NCBI GenBank assembly: GCA_035549075.1
Contig: DASZRT010000069.1
Span: forward strand, 678 to 64,677
From: Polyangia bacterium
Lineage (GTDB): Bacteria > Myxococcota_A > Polyangia > Fen-1088
Direction of reading: 5' to 3'
DNA length: 64,000 nt
The translations under genes and the position numbers were made by a program. The notes beneath the pieces are model-generated. The model was not told the origin of the DNA, did not search any database, and saw only the letters and a list, made by a program, of their open reading frames with translations. Positions 21,083-32,900 of the stretch are shown in pieces. How positions within the stretch are numbered: position 1 is the first letter of the stretch; each line of letters opens with the position of its first letter.

Positions 21083-22126
21083 TCAGTCGCGGCAGCAGAG
21101 GACGCCGCCGAGCCGGGGGCTGCCCTTCACGACTTGGTCGAGCTCGTTCAGGTCTTGGCCGGGCTGGCCGTTGCCGGTCGCGCAGGACCAGGGCGCGTTG
21201 TTGTCGCAGTCGGTGTCGCGCAACAAGCGGTTGAGCGGGTTGCACGAGTGATCGGGGGTGCCGCCGAACGTGCCGCAGCCGTAGAGGTTGTTCGCGCCCT
21301 GGCCGTTCGTCGTGCAGACGTTGTTTTCGGCGCGCTGGCGCGTCGCGAAGAACACGCGGTCGCCCATGAAGGGCGAGATCGCTTGGTTGCAGCCGCCGGG
21401 GATCGCGGCGATCGCGGCGGCGTTCTCGCAGACGTGCCATCCAACGGCGCACAGATCGGCGGCCGAGCAGCCGCCGCCGTTGGGGCGCGCGCCGTCGTTG
21501 CCGGCGGCGCGGTTGCACTTGGGCGTGCGGCTCGCGAGCGACGTGAGGCCTGGCTCGTCCCACGCGCCGAAGCAGCCGGCGATCTGTGGGTATGAGATCG
21601 TGTCGGTGTAGCCTTCGCGTGAGCCGTCGGCGCAGCCGGCGATGTAGAGCGCCGTGTTGCCGCCCGCGCCGGTGACGCCGCCCGTGGCGGTCGTGCCGCC
21701 CGTGCCGGTGACGCCGCCCGTGGCGGTCGTGCCGCCCGTGCCCGTGACGCCCGCGAAGCCCGAGGCGCCGCCCGTGTCGGTCGCGCCGCCCGAGCCACCC
21801 GTCGCGACGGTGGTGCCGCCGCTGCCCGTCGTGTCGCCCCCCGTGCCGCCGGTGGACGTCACGTCGCCGCCGGTGCCGCCCGCGGCGGTGTTGCCGCCCG
21901 AGCCTGTGTCACCGCCGACGCTCGTGGTGTCGCCACCGGCGCCGATGTCGCCGCCGTCTCCGCCTTGGGGACCCGCGTCGGGGCGGACGCCACCCGAGCC
22001 GAGGCTGCCGCCGCCGCCGGTCTGCACGTTGAACTTGCTCGTGAGGCCGTGCGTGTCGACGGTGCACGAACCGACGACGAAGGCCGTCAACCCGACGGCC
22101 AGCAGGTGTCGATACACGACCTGCAT
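21083..22126 (-). CDS. secreted Gly/Thr-linker protein with Cys-rich C-terminal domain (possible carbohydrate-binding or cellulase-associated module)
   Basis: Signal/lipobox (LTAFVVGSC). A linker ATGGVTGTGGTTATGGVTGAGG nearly identical to the GH5 cellulase linker. A C-terminal ~190 aa domain with about 16 Cys residues. Confidence 0.5.
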   Translation of the reverse strand: MQVVYRHLLAVGLTAFVVGSCTVDTHGLTSKFNVQTGGGGSLGSGGVRPDAGPQGGDGGDIGAGGDTTSVGGDTGSGGNTAAGGTGGDVTSTGGTGGDTTGSGGTTVATGGSGGATDTGGASGFAGVTGTGGTTATGGVTGTGGTTATGGVTGAGGNTALYIAGCADGSREGYTDTISYPQIAGCFGAWDEPGLTSLASRTPKCNRAAGNDGARPNGGGCSAADLCAVGWHVCENAAAIAAIPGGCNQAISPFMGDRVFFATRQRAENNVCTTNGQGANNLYGCGTFGGTPDHSCNPLNRLLRDTDCDNNAPWSCATGNGQPGQDLNELDQVVKGSPRLGGVLCCRD

Positions 22127-22229
22127 GACGAGATCGATCTTACGTGTCGCGATCGCCGTGAACAAGAATGACCGCGTGCATTCGGCGCGTGCTCAGCGCA
22201 CGAGCGCTCCCACCTCCGCGCACGAAGAC

Positions 22230-22958
22230 CTACTCGCCTGTGACGACGGGCTCGAACGCCGAGAGGCCGACGGTGACGAAGATGACGGCGACGGCGACGA
22301 GGAACTGCGTCCAGAAGCGCGCGCCGTCGAAGTCGGGCGAGATCGGGTCGATGAGCTGGGCGGTCCCACGCGCGCCCGCGATGACGACGGGCACGATGAT
22401 CGGGTAGAGCAGCGTCGAGAGCAGCACGTCGCGGCTGCGCGAGCGGAGCAGCGCCGCCGAGAACACGCAGCCGACGGCCGCGAAGGCCACGGTGCCGAGC
22501 GCGAGCAGCGTGGCGACGCGCGGGAGCTCGGTCGCGATCTTGTTCGTGAACAGCACGCCCACGAGGAAGACCAGCACGACCTCGACGACGAGCATGAGCG
22601 CGATGGTCGCGGCGAGCTTGCCGAGGTAGATCGCGGCGCGCGGCGCCGGGGAGAGGAGAAGAGACCGGATGGCCTCGCCGTCGCGCTCGCGATCGAACGT
22701 GCGGCCGAGGCCCACGGTGCCCGAGACGACGAGCGCGATCCACAGGATGCCGGACGTCACGGGCGCGGGCGGGCGCGCGTCGCCGACGACGAACGCGAAG
22801 CTGAAGATCAGCACGACGACGACGGCGAGGAAGGTCATCGTCGCGAGGATCTCGCGGCTGCGCCACTCGATGCGCAGATCCTTGGCGGCGATGCGCAGCG
22901 TTTGGCTCAGGAACGACGGTGCGTTCACCGGCTCAGCCACGCGTGCGGCCTCAGCCAC
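22230..22958 (-). CDS. ccmB: heme exporter permease CcmB
   Basis: Six-TM ABC-2 type permease with CcmB-like length and pattern (…FTNKIATELPRVATLLALGTVAFAAVG…). Overlaps the ccmA stop. Confidence 0.8.
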   Translation of the reverse strand: MAEAARVAEPVNAPSFLSQTLRIAAKDLRIEWRSREILATMTFLAVVVVLIFSFAFVVGDARPPAPVTSGILWIALVVSGTVGLGRTFDRERDGEAIRSLLLSPAPRAAIYLGKLAATIALMLVVEVVLVFLVGVLFTNKIATELPRVATLLALGTVAFAAVGCVFSAALLRSRSRDVLLSTLLYPIIVPVVIAGARGTAQLIDPISPDFDGARFWTQFLVAVAVIFVTVGLSAFEPVVTGE

Positions 22959-23667
22959 GAGTACGCTCCGCGTAGAGGGTGCGGAGCGCCTCGGCGCCGA
23001 AGCGGCCGTCGCGCGTCTCGTCGTGGGCGACGCGGCCGCGGCGCAGCACGACGACGTGCTCGGCGACGGCGGCGGCCGCGTCCAGGTCGTGCGTCACGAG
23101 CACGACGACGCGGCCCGCGTCGCGCTCGGCGGTGAGCTCGGTCTGCAGCCACGCCGCGCCCGCGGGGTCGAGCGCCGACGACGGCTCGTCGAACAGCAGC
23201 AGCGACGGCTCGTGCAGCAGCGCGCGCGCGAGGGCCAGGCGCTGCAGCATGCCGCGCGAGAAGGTCCGCGCCGCCGCGCCCGCGGGCGCCTCGCCGAGCC
23301 CGACGCGCCCGAGCATGGCGTCGGCGCGCGCGCCAGGCGCGGCGACGCCGTTGAGCTCGGCGAAGAGCACGAGGTTCTCGCGCGCCGTGAGGTCGCCGTA
23401 GACGCCCGGGTCGTGGCCGACGTAGCCGATGCGCGCGCGCGCCTCCGACGCGCGGCCGAGCGCGCGCCCGCCCCACGTGACCTCGCCCGTCGTGGGCGGC
23501 ACGAGCGTCGACAAGATCCCCAGCAGCGTCGTCTTGCCGGCGCCGTTGGGGCCGAGCACGGCGCTCACGCGGCCGGCCTCGAAGGTCGTGCTGACGTCGA
23601 TGAGCGCGCGCCGTCCCGCGTAGGTCTTGCCGACTTTCCGCAGGACGAGCGCGTCCGCCGTCATCAC
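22951..23667 (-). CDS. ccmA: heme exporter ATP-binding protein CcmA
   Basis: Walker A GPNGAGKTTLL, signature/Walker B region LLLFDEPSSALD, and an H-loop VTHD. Confidence 0.85.
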   Translation of the reverse strand: MMTADALVLRKVGKTYAGRRALIDVSTTFEAGRVSAVLGPNGAGKTTLLGILSTLVPPTTGEVTWGGRALGRASEARARIGYVGHDPGVYGDLTARENLVLFAELNGVAAPGARADAMLGRVGLGEAPAGAAARTFSRGMLQRLALARALLHEPSLLLFDEPSSALDPAGAAWLQTELTAERDAGRVVVLVTHDLDAAAAVAEHVVVLRRGRVAHDETRDGRFGAEALRTLYAERTRG

Positions 23668-25298
23668 GAGGCGCGCGGCTCGTCGAGCGTCGCGAGCTGG
23701 CGGTACACGCCTTCGAGCTTCGCGACCAGCTCGCGGCGGCGCTCGGGCGTCGCCGAAGCCGCGCCCGACTTGGCGGCGCGCTCGACGGTGACGAGCTCGG
23801 CGAAGAGCGACTCGCGCCGCGCCTCGAGGCGTGTGCGCTCGTCGGCGGCGACCTTGCGCGCGTCGCCCGCGGCCCGGCGCCCGAAGACGATCGCGCCCGC
23901 GATGAGCAGCAACGTCAGCACGGCGGCGACGACGCGGCCCGAGTGATCCTGCGAAGGCAAGCCCGTCACGGTGAAGCGCATGACGCCGCCCGCGGGGATC
24001 GCCGAGCCGGGCATGACCCAGTACTTCTTGCCGTTGGCCTCGCGCTCTTGCCGCGCGCCCACGCCGGGCCCCGAGATCTCGAGGCCGGGGATCTGCTCGT
24101 GGATGAGCGTGAAGAGGCCGATGCCGTTCGGCATGGGCTGCTCGAAGTCCTTGGTCGTGCCGCGGTAGGGGAGCACGAACCCGAACGTCACCTCGTTGCC
24201 CGCGGACTTGGCGTCGGTCTGACCGAGCGACGACTTGGGCGAGATCGTGCCGTGCACGGCCATGCCGTGGTTGGCGCGCACCTCGACCTTGCGCCCGCCG
24301 CTCTCGGCCGCCTCGGCGCCCGTGAACTCCTTGGGCAGCGGGATCTCGAAGGCGCCCGGGCCCGGGTCGAACATCTTCTTCGACGTGTTCTCGAGCGGCA
24401 GCATCTCGAGGAACTGCTGCGTGTCCTCGCGCAGCTGCAGGATGATGCGCGCGCCCTCGCCGATCGTGATGACCGACGGGTCGCTCGTGTGCTCGAGCGC
24501 GTGGATGTCGGCGCGCGCGCCCGTGTCCTCGGGCATCGCGAACGGGTCGGTGCCGATGTGCTGGCCGTGGAAGTCGACCACGGCGGCGTAGCCGGCCGTG
24601 CGGCCCGTCGCGAGATCGGCGAAGCGCGCCGTGCCGTCGGCGCCCGTCGTCGCGTGGTGAACCGTGACCTTGTTGGTCTGGTCGACGGACCCGAGCGTGA
24701 TGGGGTGGTTCGGCACGGGCCGGCCGCCCTCGTCGACGAGCTGCACGACGAGCGTGCCCTTGGGCAGCGTCGGGTCGGGGTGCGACGAGCCCGTCGCCGA
24801 GCCGAGCGCGAACGCGTCGGCGCCGCCCGCGGCCTCGCCGCCGCTGTCGTCACCCGCGGGCGCGTCGCCGAGGCCGGCGATGAGCATCGTGCGCACGCCG
24901 CCCTCGGCGGGAATCGTGAAGGTGTCGGTCTTGAGCAGCTCGCCGTCGACCTTGACCTCGGCGTGGAACTCGTCGCCGGCCGCCAGGCCCTCGATGAGCG
25001 CGCGGCCGCCGGCGTCGGTCGTCGCCGTGCGCTTGCGCGCGTCGCCGCCGGCGTTCTTCGTGATGACGGTGATCTCGGCGCCCGCGACGGCGTTCGACGG
25101 CATCTTGCGCGCGACGCGCACGCTGACCGTGCCCGCGGGCATCCCGCGATCGGGCAGCGGCCGCCCGGAGATCGCGCGCATGTTCGGCATGCCCGGCGGG
25201 CCGCCGCCCGCCGCGCCGCCGGCGAACGGCTGCGCGCGCGCCGCGCCCGCGAGCGACAACGAAACGACGGCGACCGCCGCGATCCCGAGCCGCCTCAC
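23664..25298 (-). CDS. secreted protein with tandem Cna-B/CarboxypepD_reg-like beta-sandwich repeats and C-terminal TM anchor plus coiled coil; unknown function embedded in ccm cluster
   Basis: GTG start at 25298 in a GTGA overlap with the upstream gene's stop. Signal peptide RRLGIAAVAVVSLSLAGAARAQ. Repeats such as TVSVRVARKM...AEITVITKNAGGDARKRTATTDAGGRALIEGL and LVVQLVDEGGRPVPNHPITLGSVDQ...TTGADGTARFADL. A C-terminal TM VVAAVLTLLLIAGAIVF. Confidence 0.55.
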   Translation of the reverse strand: MRRLGIAAVAVVSLSLAGAARAQPFAGGAAGGGPPGMPNMRAISGRPLPDRGMPAGTVSVRVARKMPSNAVAGAEITVITKNAGGDARKRTATTDAGGRALIEGLAAGDEFHAEVKVDGELLKTDTFTIPAEGGVRTMLIAGLGDAPAGDDSGGEAAGGADAFALGSATGSSHPDPTLPKGTLVVQLVDEGGRPVPNHPITLGSVDQTNKVTVHHATTGADGTARFADLATGRTAGYAAVVDFHGQHIGTDPFAMPEDTGARADIHALEHTSDPSVITIGEGARIILQLREDTQQFLEMLPLENTSKKMFDPGPGAFEIPLPKEFTGAEAAESGGRKVEVRANHGMAVHGTISPKSSLGQTDAKSAGNEVTFGFVLPYRGTTKDFEQPMPNGIGLFTLIHEQIPGLEISGPGVGARQEREANGKKYWVMPGSAIPAGGVMRFTVTGLPSQDHSGRVVAAVLTLLLIAGAIVFGRRAAGDARKVAADERTRLEARRESLFAELVTVERAAKSGAASATPERRRELVAKLEGVYRQLATLDEPRAS

Positions 25299-25966
25299 GC
25301 CTTCAGCTTTCCGCCGCACTTCTTGCAGAACTCGGCGTCGTCGTCGTTGGCCGTGCCGCACCGGCCGCACGCGCCGGCGACGATGGCGCTCGGCAGCGCA
25401 GGATCGGCCGAGCTCTCTTGCGCGCCCCCGCCCGCGGCGTCTTCCGCCGCGAGGCGATCGCGCAGCTCGCGCTCGATGAGCGGCTTGAAGTTGTCGCCTG
25501 CCTCGAGCTCGCTGATGAGGCGCATCGCCCGGCGGCGGTAGCGCTCGACCATCTCTTTGTAGTCGCCCTCGGCGATCTTGCGCATCTGGTAGTCGAGCTC
25601 GATCTCCTTGATGGCCTTGAGCACGAGCTGCTTTTCGCGCTCGAGCTCGCGCATCCGCTGGGGCGCGCGGCCCGCGACACGCGCCGCGCTTTCGTTCGAA
25701 CGCGACAGCGGATCGAGCACGCGCCACAGCGCGACGCTCGCGAGCACGAGCGTGAGCCCGCCGAGCCCGAGCATGACGAGCGGCGCGCCCAAGCGCATCT
25801 TCATGACGGCGATGCCGTAGAGCGACGTGAGCGCGGCGCCGCCGAGCCCGAGCACCAACGAGGGAATGCGGCGACGCGCGGCCTTGGGCGCGCTGGCGAC
25901 GGCTTCGTCGGCGTCGTCGACCTCACCCGCGGCTGCGGGGAGCGTTTGATCCTTGGCGGTGGACAC
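25295..25966 (-). CDS. two-TM membrane protein with coiled coil and C-terminal C4 zinc ribbon; unknown function embedded in ccm cluster
   Basis: TMs IPSLVLGLGGAALTSLYGIAV and LVMLGLGGLTLVLASVALW. A coiled region RMRELEREKQLVLKAIKEIELDYQMRK. A C-terminal CGRCGTANDDDAEFCKKCGG zinc ribbon. Confidence 0.55.
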   Translation of the reverse strand: MSTAKDQTLPAAAGEVDDADEAVASAPKAARRRIPSLVLGLGGAALTSLYGIAVMKMRLGAPLVMLGLGGLTLVLASVALWRVLDPLSRSNESAARVAGRAPQRMRELEREKQLVLKAIKEIELDYQMRKIAEGDYKEMVERYRRRAMRLISELEAGDNFKPLIERELRDRLAAEDAAGGGAQESSADPALPSAIVAGACGRCGTANDDDAEFCKKCGGKLKA

Positions 25967-25969
25967 GGG

Positions 25970-28516
<2,547 letters not shown>

Positions 28517-28694
28517 GACGACCCTCCAGCCGGGCGGTCTCGCGGGGGATCACGAGGACGGCGCGGAAGTTCTCGCAACTTAACACAGACCCGGCGAGCG
28601 GGCCGGCGTGGCGATTCAACCCGAACCCGGGCGCGCCCGCGCTTATTCCTTTCCGGAGCGCCGTCAGCGGGACAGGGCTCGAACGACCTTCGCC

Positions 28695-29942
28695 ATGGCG
28701 TCACGCTGGGCCCGGTTGTGCGCGGTTGGCGGGCTCGTGTTCGCGATCGGTTGCCATCACGGCGGCGGGCTGCGGCCCGCTGACGCAGGCGACGGGCCCG
28801 CTGACGTCGCGCCGCAGGGCGAAGCGCCCGCCGATGCGGGCGCTCCCGAGACCGGACCGGCGACGGGCGGCGAGACGGGGGGCGGCGGCGCGGGCGGCGG
28901 CGGTGCAAGCGGCGGCGCGAAAGGTGAAACGACCGACGCGGGCGGGGCCGATGCCGACGTGACTCCCGCCGACGCGGGCGCGACCGACGCCGACGCCGAC
29001 GGTCCTCGGCACCTCGGTGCCATCGCGGCGAGCCCGGGCACCGAGACCTCGTGCGTCGTGCTCGTCGACGGGACGGCGCGATGCTGGGGCGTAGGTTTCC
29101 TCGGCGACGGGCCGGCCGTGACGACGACGACGGTCGCGCCCGAGCGCGCGCACACCGTCGCGGGGCTCTCGGACGCCGTCGCGATCTCGAGCGGGCGGAC
29201 GCACGTCTGCGCGCTTCGCGGCAACGGCGACGTCGTGTGCTGGGGCGCGAACGATCACGGGCAGCTCGGGCGCGCGAGCACATGCCCGCCCGCGGGGTGC
29301 GAGACGCCGACGCCCGTCGAGGGTCTGGGCAAAGCGGTCGACGTCCGCGCGGCGCGCGAGTACACGTGCGCGCTCCTCGTCGGCGGGACGGTCGCGTGCT
29401 GGGGCAGCAACGCCCGTGGCCAGCTCGGCGCGCCGAACCAGTCGTTCGTCGCCGCCGTGCCTGGGGTCTCGAACGCGACGGCGATCGCCGCGGGCTGGTT
29501 TCACACGTGCGCCGTCGTCGGCGGCGGCAGCGTCGCGTGCTGGGGCGGGGCCCTCCTCGGCGACGAGGCGCCCGCGCTCGTGCCGAGCATCGACGACGCG
29601 ACGGGGGTGAGCGTCACGAACACGATGACGTGCATCTCGCGGCGCGACCATTCGGTGTGGTGCTGGGCTGACGACGATCACCAATCGATGGGCGCGTGGA
29701 CCCCGGCGTCCGTCGCGCACGTCGACAACGCGCACGCCGTCGCTGGGACCTGCGCGGTCCTCGGCGCTGGCGATCTCGCGTGCTGGTCGGGGACGGCGGC
29801 CGCGAACATCGTCCCGAACCTCGACGGCGTGACGTCGCTGTCGGCCGCCGTCGAGCAGCCGGTGTGGCTCGCCGTCGATCGAGACGGCTCGGTCTGGACC
29901 TTCGATTCGAAGGCCCAGCCGACGCGGCTCTCCGGCTGGTGA
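28695..29942 (+). CDS. RCC1-repeat (regulator of chromosome condensation-like) beta-propeller lipoprotein
   Basis: Lipobox LVFAIGC. A Gly/Asp-rich linker. Repeated HTCAL/HVCAL...GxVxCWGxNxxGQLG blades (at least 6). Confidence 0.7.
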   Translation: MASRWARLCAVGGLVFAIGCHHGGGLRPADAGDGPADVAPQGEAPADAGAPETGPATGGETGGGGAGGGGASGGAKGETTDAGGADADVTPADAGATDADADGPRHLGAIAASPGTETSCVVLVDGTARCWGVGFLGDGPAVTTTTVAPERAHTVAGLSDAVAISSGRTHVCALRGNGDVVCWGANDHGQLGRASTCPPAGCETPTPVEGLGKAVDVRAAREYTCALLVGGTVACWGSNARGQLGAPNQSFVAAVPGVSNATAIAAGWFHTCAVVGGGSVACWGGALLGDEAPALVPSIDDATGVSVTNTMTCISRRDHSVWCWADDDHQSMGAWTPASVAHVDNAHAVAGTCAVLGAGDLACWSGTAAANIVPNLDGVTSLSAAVEQPVWLAVDRDGSVWTFDSKAQPTRLSGW

Positions 29943-29946
29943 CGCT

Positions 29947-32900
29947 TCAGCGGAACGTCACGCGGACGGTGTGGGTCGCGCCGTCGCCCAGGTCGACGCG
30001 CAGCTGGTACGCGCCGCGCGCGAGCGCGTGCGTGTCGAGCAGCAGATCATAGGTGCGGAGCAGCGGGATGAACACGAAGTTGTCGCCGAGGAACGGCGGC
30101 AGGGCGTGGGCCGGCTGCTCGGCGCCGACGTGGCCGGCGGCGTCGACGGGCGCGAGGAAGAGCTTCGCGGGGAAGTCGGCGATGCCGGCGCAGCCGCCCG
30201 CGAGCGTGAAGCGCACGAGCAACGGAAGCGGCCGGTAGAACACCGACGAGCCGTCCTCGTCGATCGGCTGCAGGAAGTGGCCGAACGAGACGAGGACGCG
30301 CACGAGGAACGAGCCCGTCGAGCGGTTGCCCGTCGCGTCCGTCGCCGCGCAATTCACCTTGGTGTCGCCGAGCGGGAATTGCGCGCCCGAGGCCGGCGCG
30401 CACGAGACGCTCGGGTGCGGGTCGGTGTCGTCGGTCGCCGTCACGTGGTACGTCACGCGCGCGCCGAGGCGGCTCGTCGCGGGCACGACGATCGTCGCCG
30501 GTAGGGAGAGCACGGGCGGCCGGTTGTCGGCGACCGAGACGACGAACGTCGCGGGCGCCGTCGTGTTGCCGTGGTGGTCGGTCGAGGTGCAAGTGACGAG
30601 AGTCGTGCCCACGGCGAAGAACGAGCCCGACGGGTGGTCGCACGTCACGGGGTCTGCGCCGTCGACGACGTCGCTCGCGCACGTGGCGAAACTCACGACG
30701 CTGCCGCCTGGGCTGCTCGCGAGCACGTGGACGTTGGTGAGCGGGCACAGCGTCGGCGGCGTCGTGTCGCGCACCGTGACGGGGAAGCTCGCTGACGTCG
30801 TCTGTCCCGCGGCGTCGGTGGCGGCGCACACGACCTCGGTCGTCGTGTCGAGCGCGAACAGCGCCGGCGACGCGGGCGCGCACTCGACGGGCAGCGGGCC
30901 CGTGACGACGTCGACGGCCGACGCCTCGTAGCTGACGACGGCGCCGAGCGCGCTCGTCGCCTCGGCCACGATGGGGCCGGGCACGGTGACGACGGGCGGG
31001 CCGTCGACGACGTCGACGCCGAAGAGACCGAGGCCGACGGCGCCCGTCCCGGGATCGATCGCCTCGCAGAGGACCGTCGATTGACCGATCGGGAAGGTCG
31101 CGCCCGAGGGCAGCCGGCACGACAGCGCCGCCGGCTTGTCGTCGATCGTCGTCGCCGACGCGTCGTACGTGACGGGCGCGCCGTCGGGGCTCGTCGCGTC
31201 GACGGTGATGGAGCCAGGCGTGTGCACCGTGGGCGCCTTCGAGGGATCGCCCTGCGTCACGCCGACGAGCGTCGGATCGGACTCGCAGCTCTCCGACCAG
31301 CCGCCCCCCGCGCGTGAGTCGAGCACCTGCGAGATGCGCAGCGGGTGCCACCCCGGCGGCACGTCGAGCGTCATGCTCCAGTCGCCGTTGGCGTCGGCGC
31401 GCGCCGTGAAGGTGCGCTGGCCGTCGCGAACGACGACGTCGGCGAACGGCTGCGCGCAGGACGGCGGCGGCGCCGCGACGACCGAGGCGCAGCCGGCGGC
31501 GCCGAACTTGATCGGCCCCACCTGCGTGATCACGCCGTTCGGCGCGATCGGCGGCAAGGGCAGGCTCGGCGGGCGCACGTCGATCTCGAGGCGGCTCGTG
31601 GGCGTGTTGGCGAGACTCGCGAAGGCGCGGAAGTGGGCGTCGATCTGATCCGGCGTCGAGCCCGCGGGCGGGTCGGGCGCCTGGAAGAAGTACACGAGGT
31701 GCTTGCCGGGTGGCAGCGAGACGCCGCCCTGGAACGAGAACGTGCCGTCGGGCTCGGGCGTGTCGTTCACGCCGAGATCGCGCGAGACGACGCGCAGGCC
31801 CACGTGGCCCGTCTCTTCGTAGATGCGCAGCGGCCCGAGCACGGCCTGCGCGTACGGCAGCGAGCCCGTGACGTGCACGAACTGCCCGTCGTTGCCGGCG
31901 GGCGTGCACGAAGGCTCGGCGCCCGAGCGTGGGAACGTCACGGTGGGCGGGCGGATGCCGACGCTCACGAACACCGGCGCGCTGCCGCCGGGCGAGCCGC
32001 ACGCGGCCTTCGAGAACACGAGCTTATGCCAGCCCTTGTTCGGGTCGGACGCCGACCCGGCCGACAGCGTGATGACGTCGTTGATCTTGCCCGTGCCGTC
32101 GGCGGTGACCGTGGGCGTGAGCGTTGCGCCGCCGCCGAGGTCGCACACGTTGACGACGCCGGGCGCCGCCGTGCCCGTGACGGCGAACGTGTCGTCGGCG
32201 GGGTTCGGGCTGGCCGTCGGGTCGCGCGGCGACGTGATGACGGGCGCGTCGGGAGTGGCGGGCGCCGCCGCGGTGACGACGACGGGCCAATCGATCGACG
32301 CGCTCACCCCGCAGAAGGGTGCGGGCGGCGCGACGCACGGATCGCTCGCGAACGTGCGCTGCGTGAACGAGAGCGTGTGGTTCCCGTACCCCGAGACCGG
32401 CACCGTGCCCGAGAACGTGCCGTCCGACGCGATCGACAGCACCGAGCCCGGCGCGCCGTCGACGAGCACCTGCACCGAGCCGCCGACGACGCCGCCGATG
32501 CCCGACACGGCGACCTGCGGCGCGACGCCATAGACGGTCGAGCCGTTGCGCGGCGACACGATCGCGGGCGGCGGCGGTGTGGCGCGCGTGCCGTCGTCCG
32601 GCGCCGCGAGCACGTCGACGACGGCGAGGCCGTTCGCGCCGACGGCGGGCGCGAGCGAGAGATCGGCCGTCGGTCCGGCGGCGAGCGGCGTGTCGAGGTC
32701 GGGCTTCGTACCGTTCGACTTGGTCGCGAACGAGACGACGTTGAGGCCGGCGCCAGCGTTCGCGGGCGTCGCGGGCGGGTACAGCGCCGACCACGGCACG
32801 ACCTGGCGGAGCTGGCTCGCGCTCGCCCACAGCAGCTGGGCCGTGCGATCGCTCGTGCTGTTCTGGATCTCGACGTGGATGGGGTAGTGCACGCCCGCCT

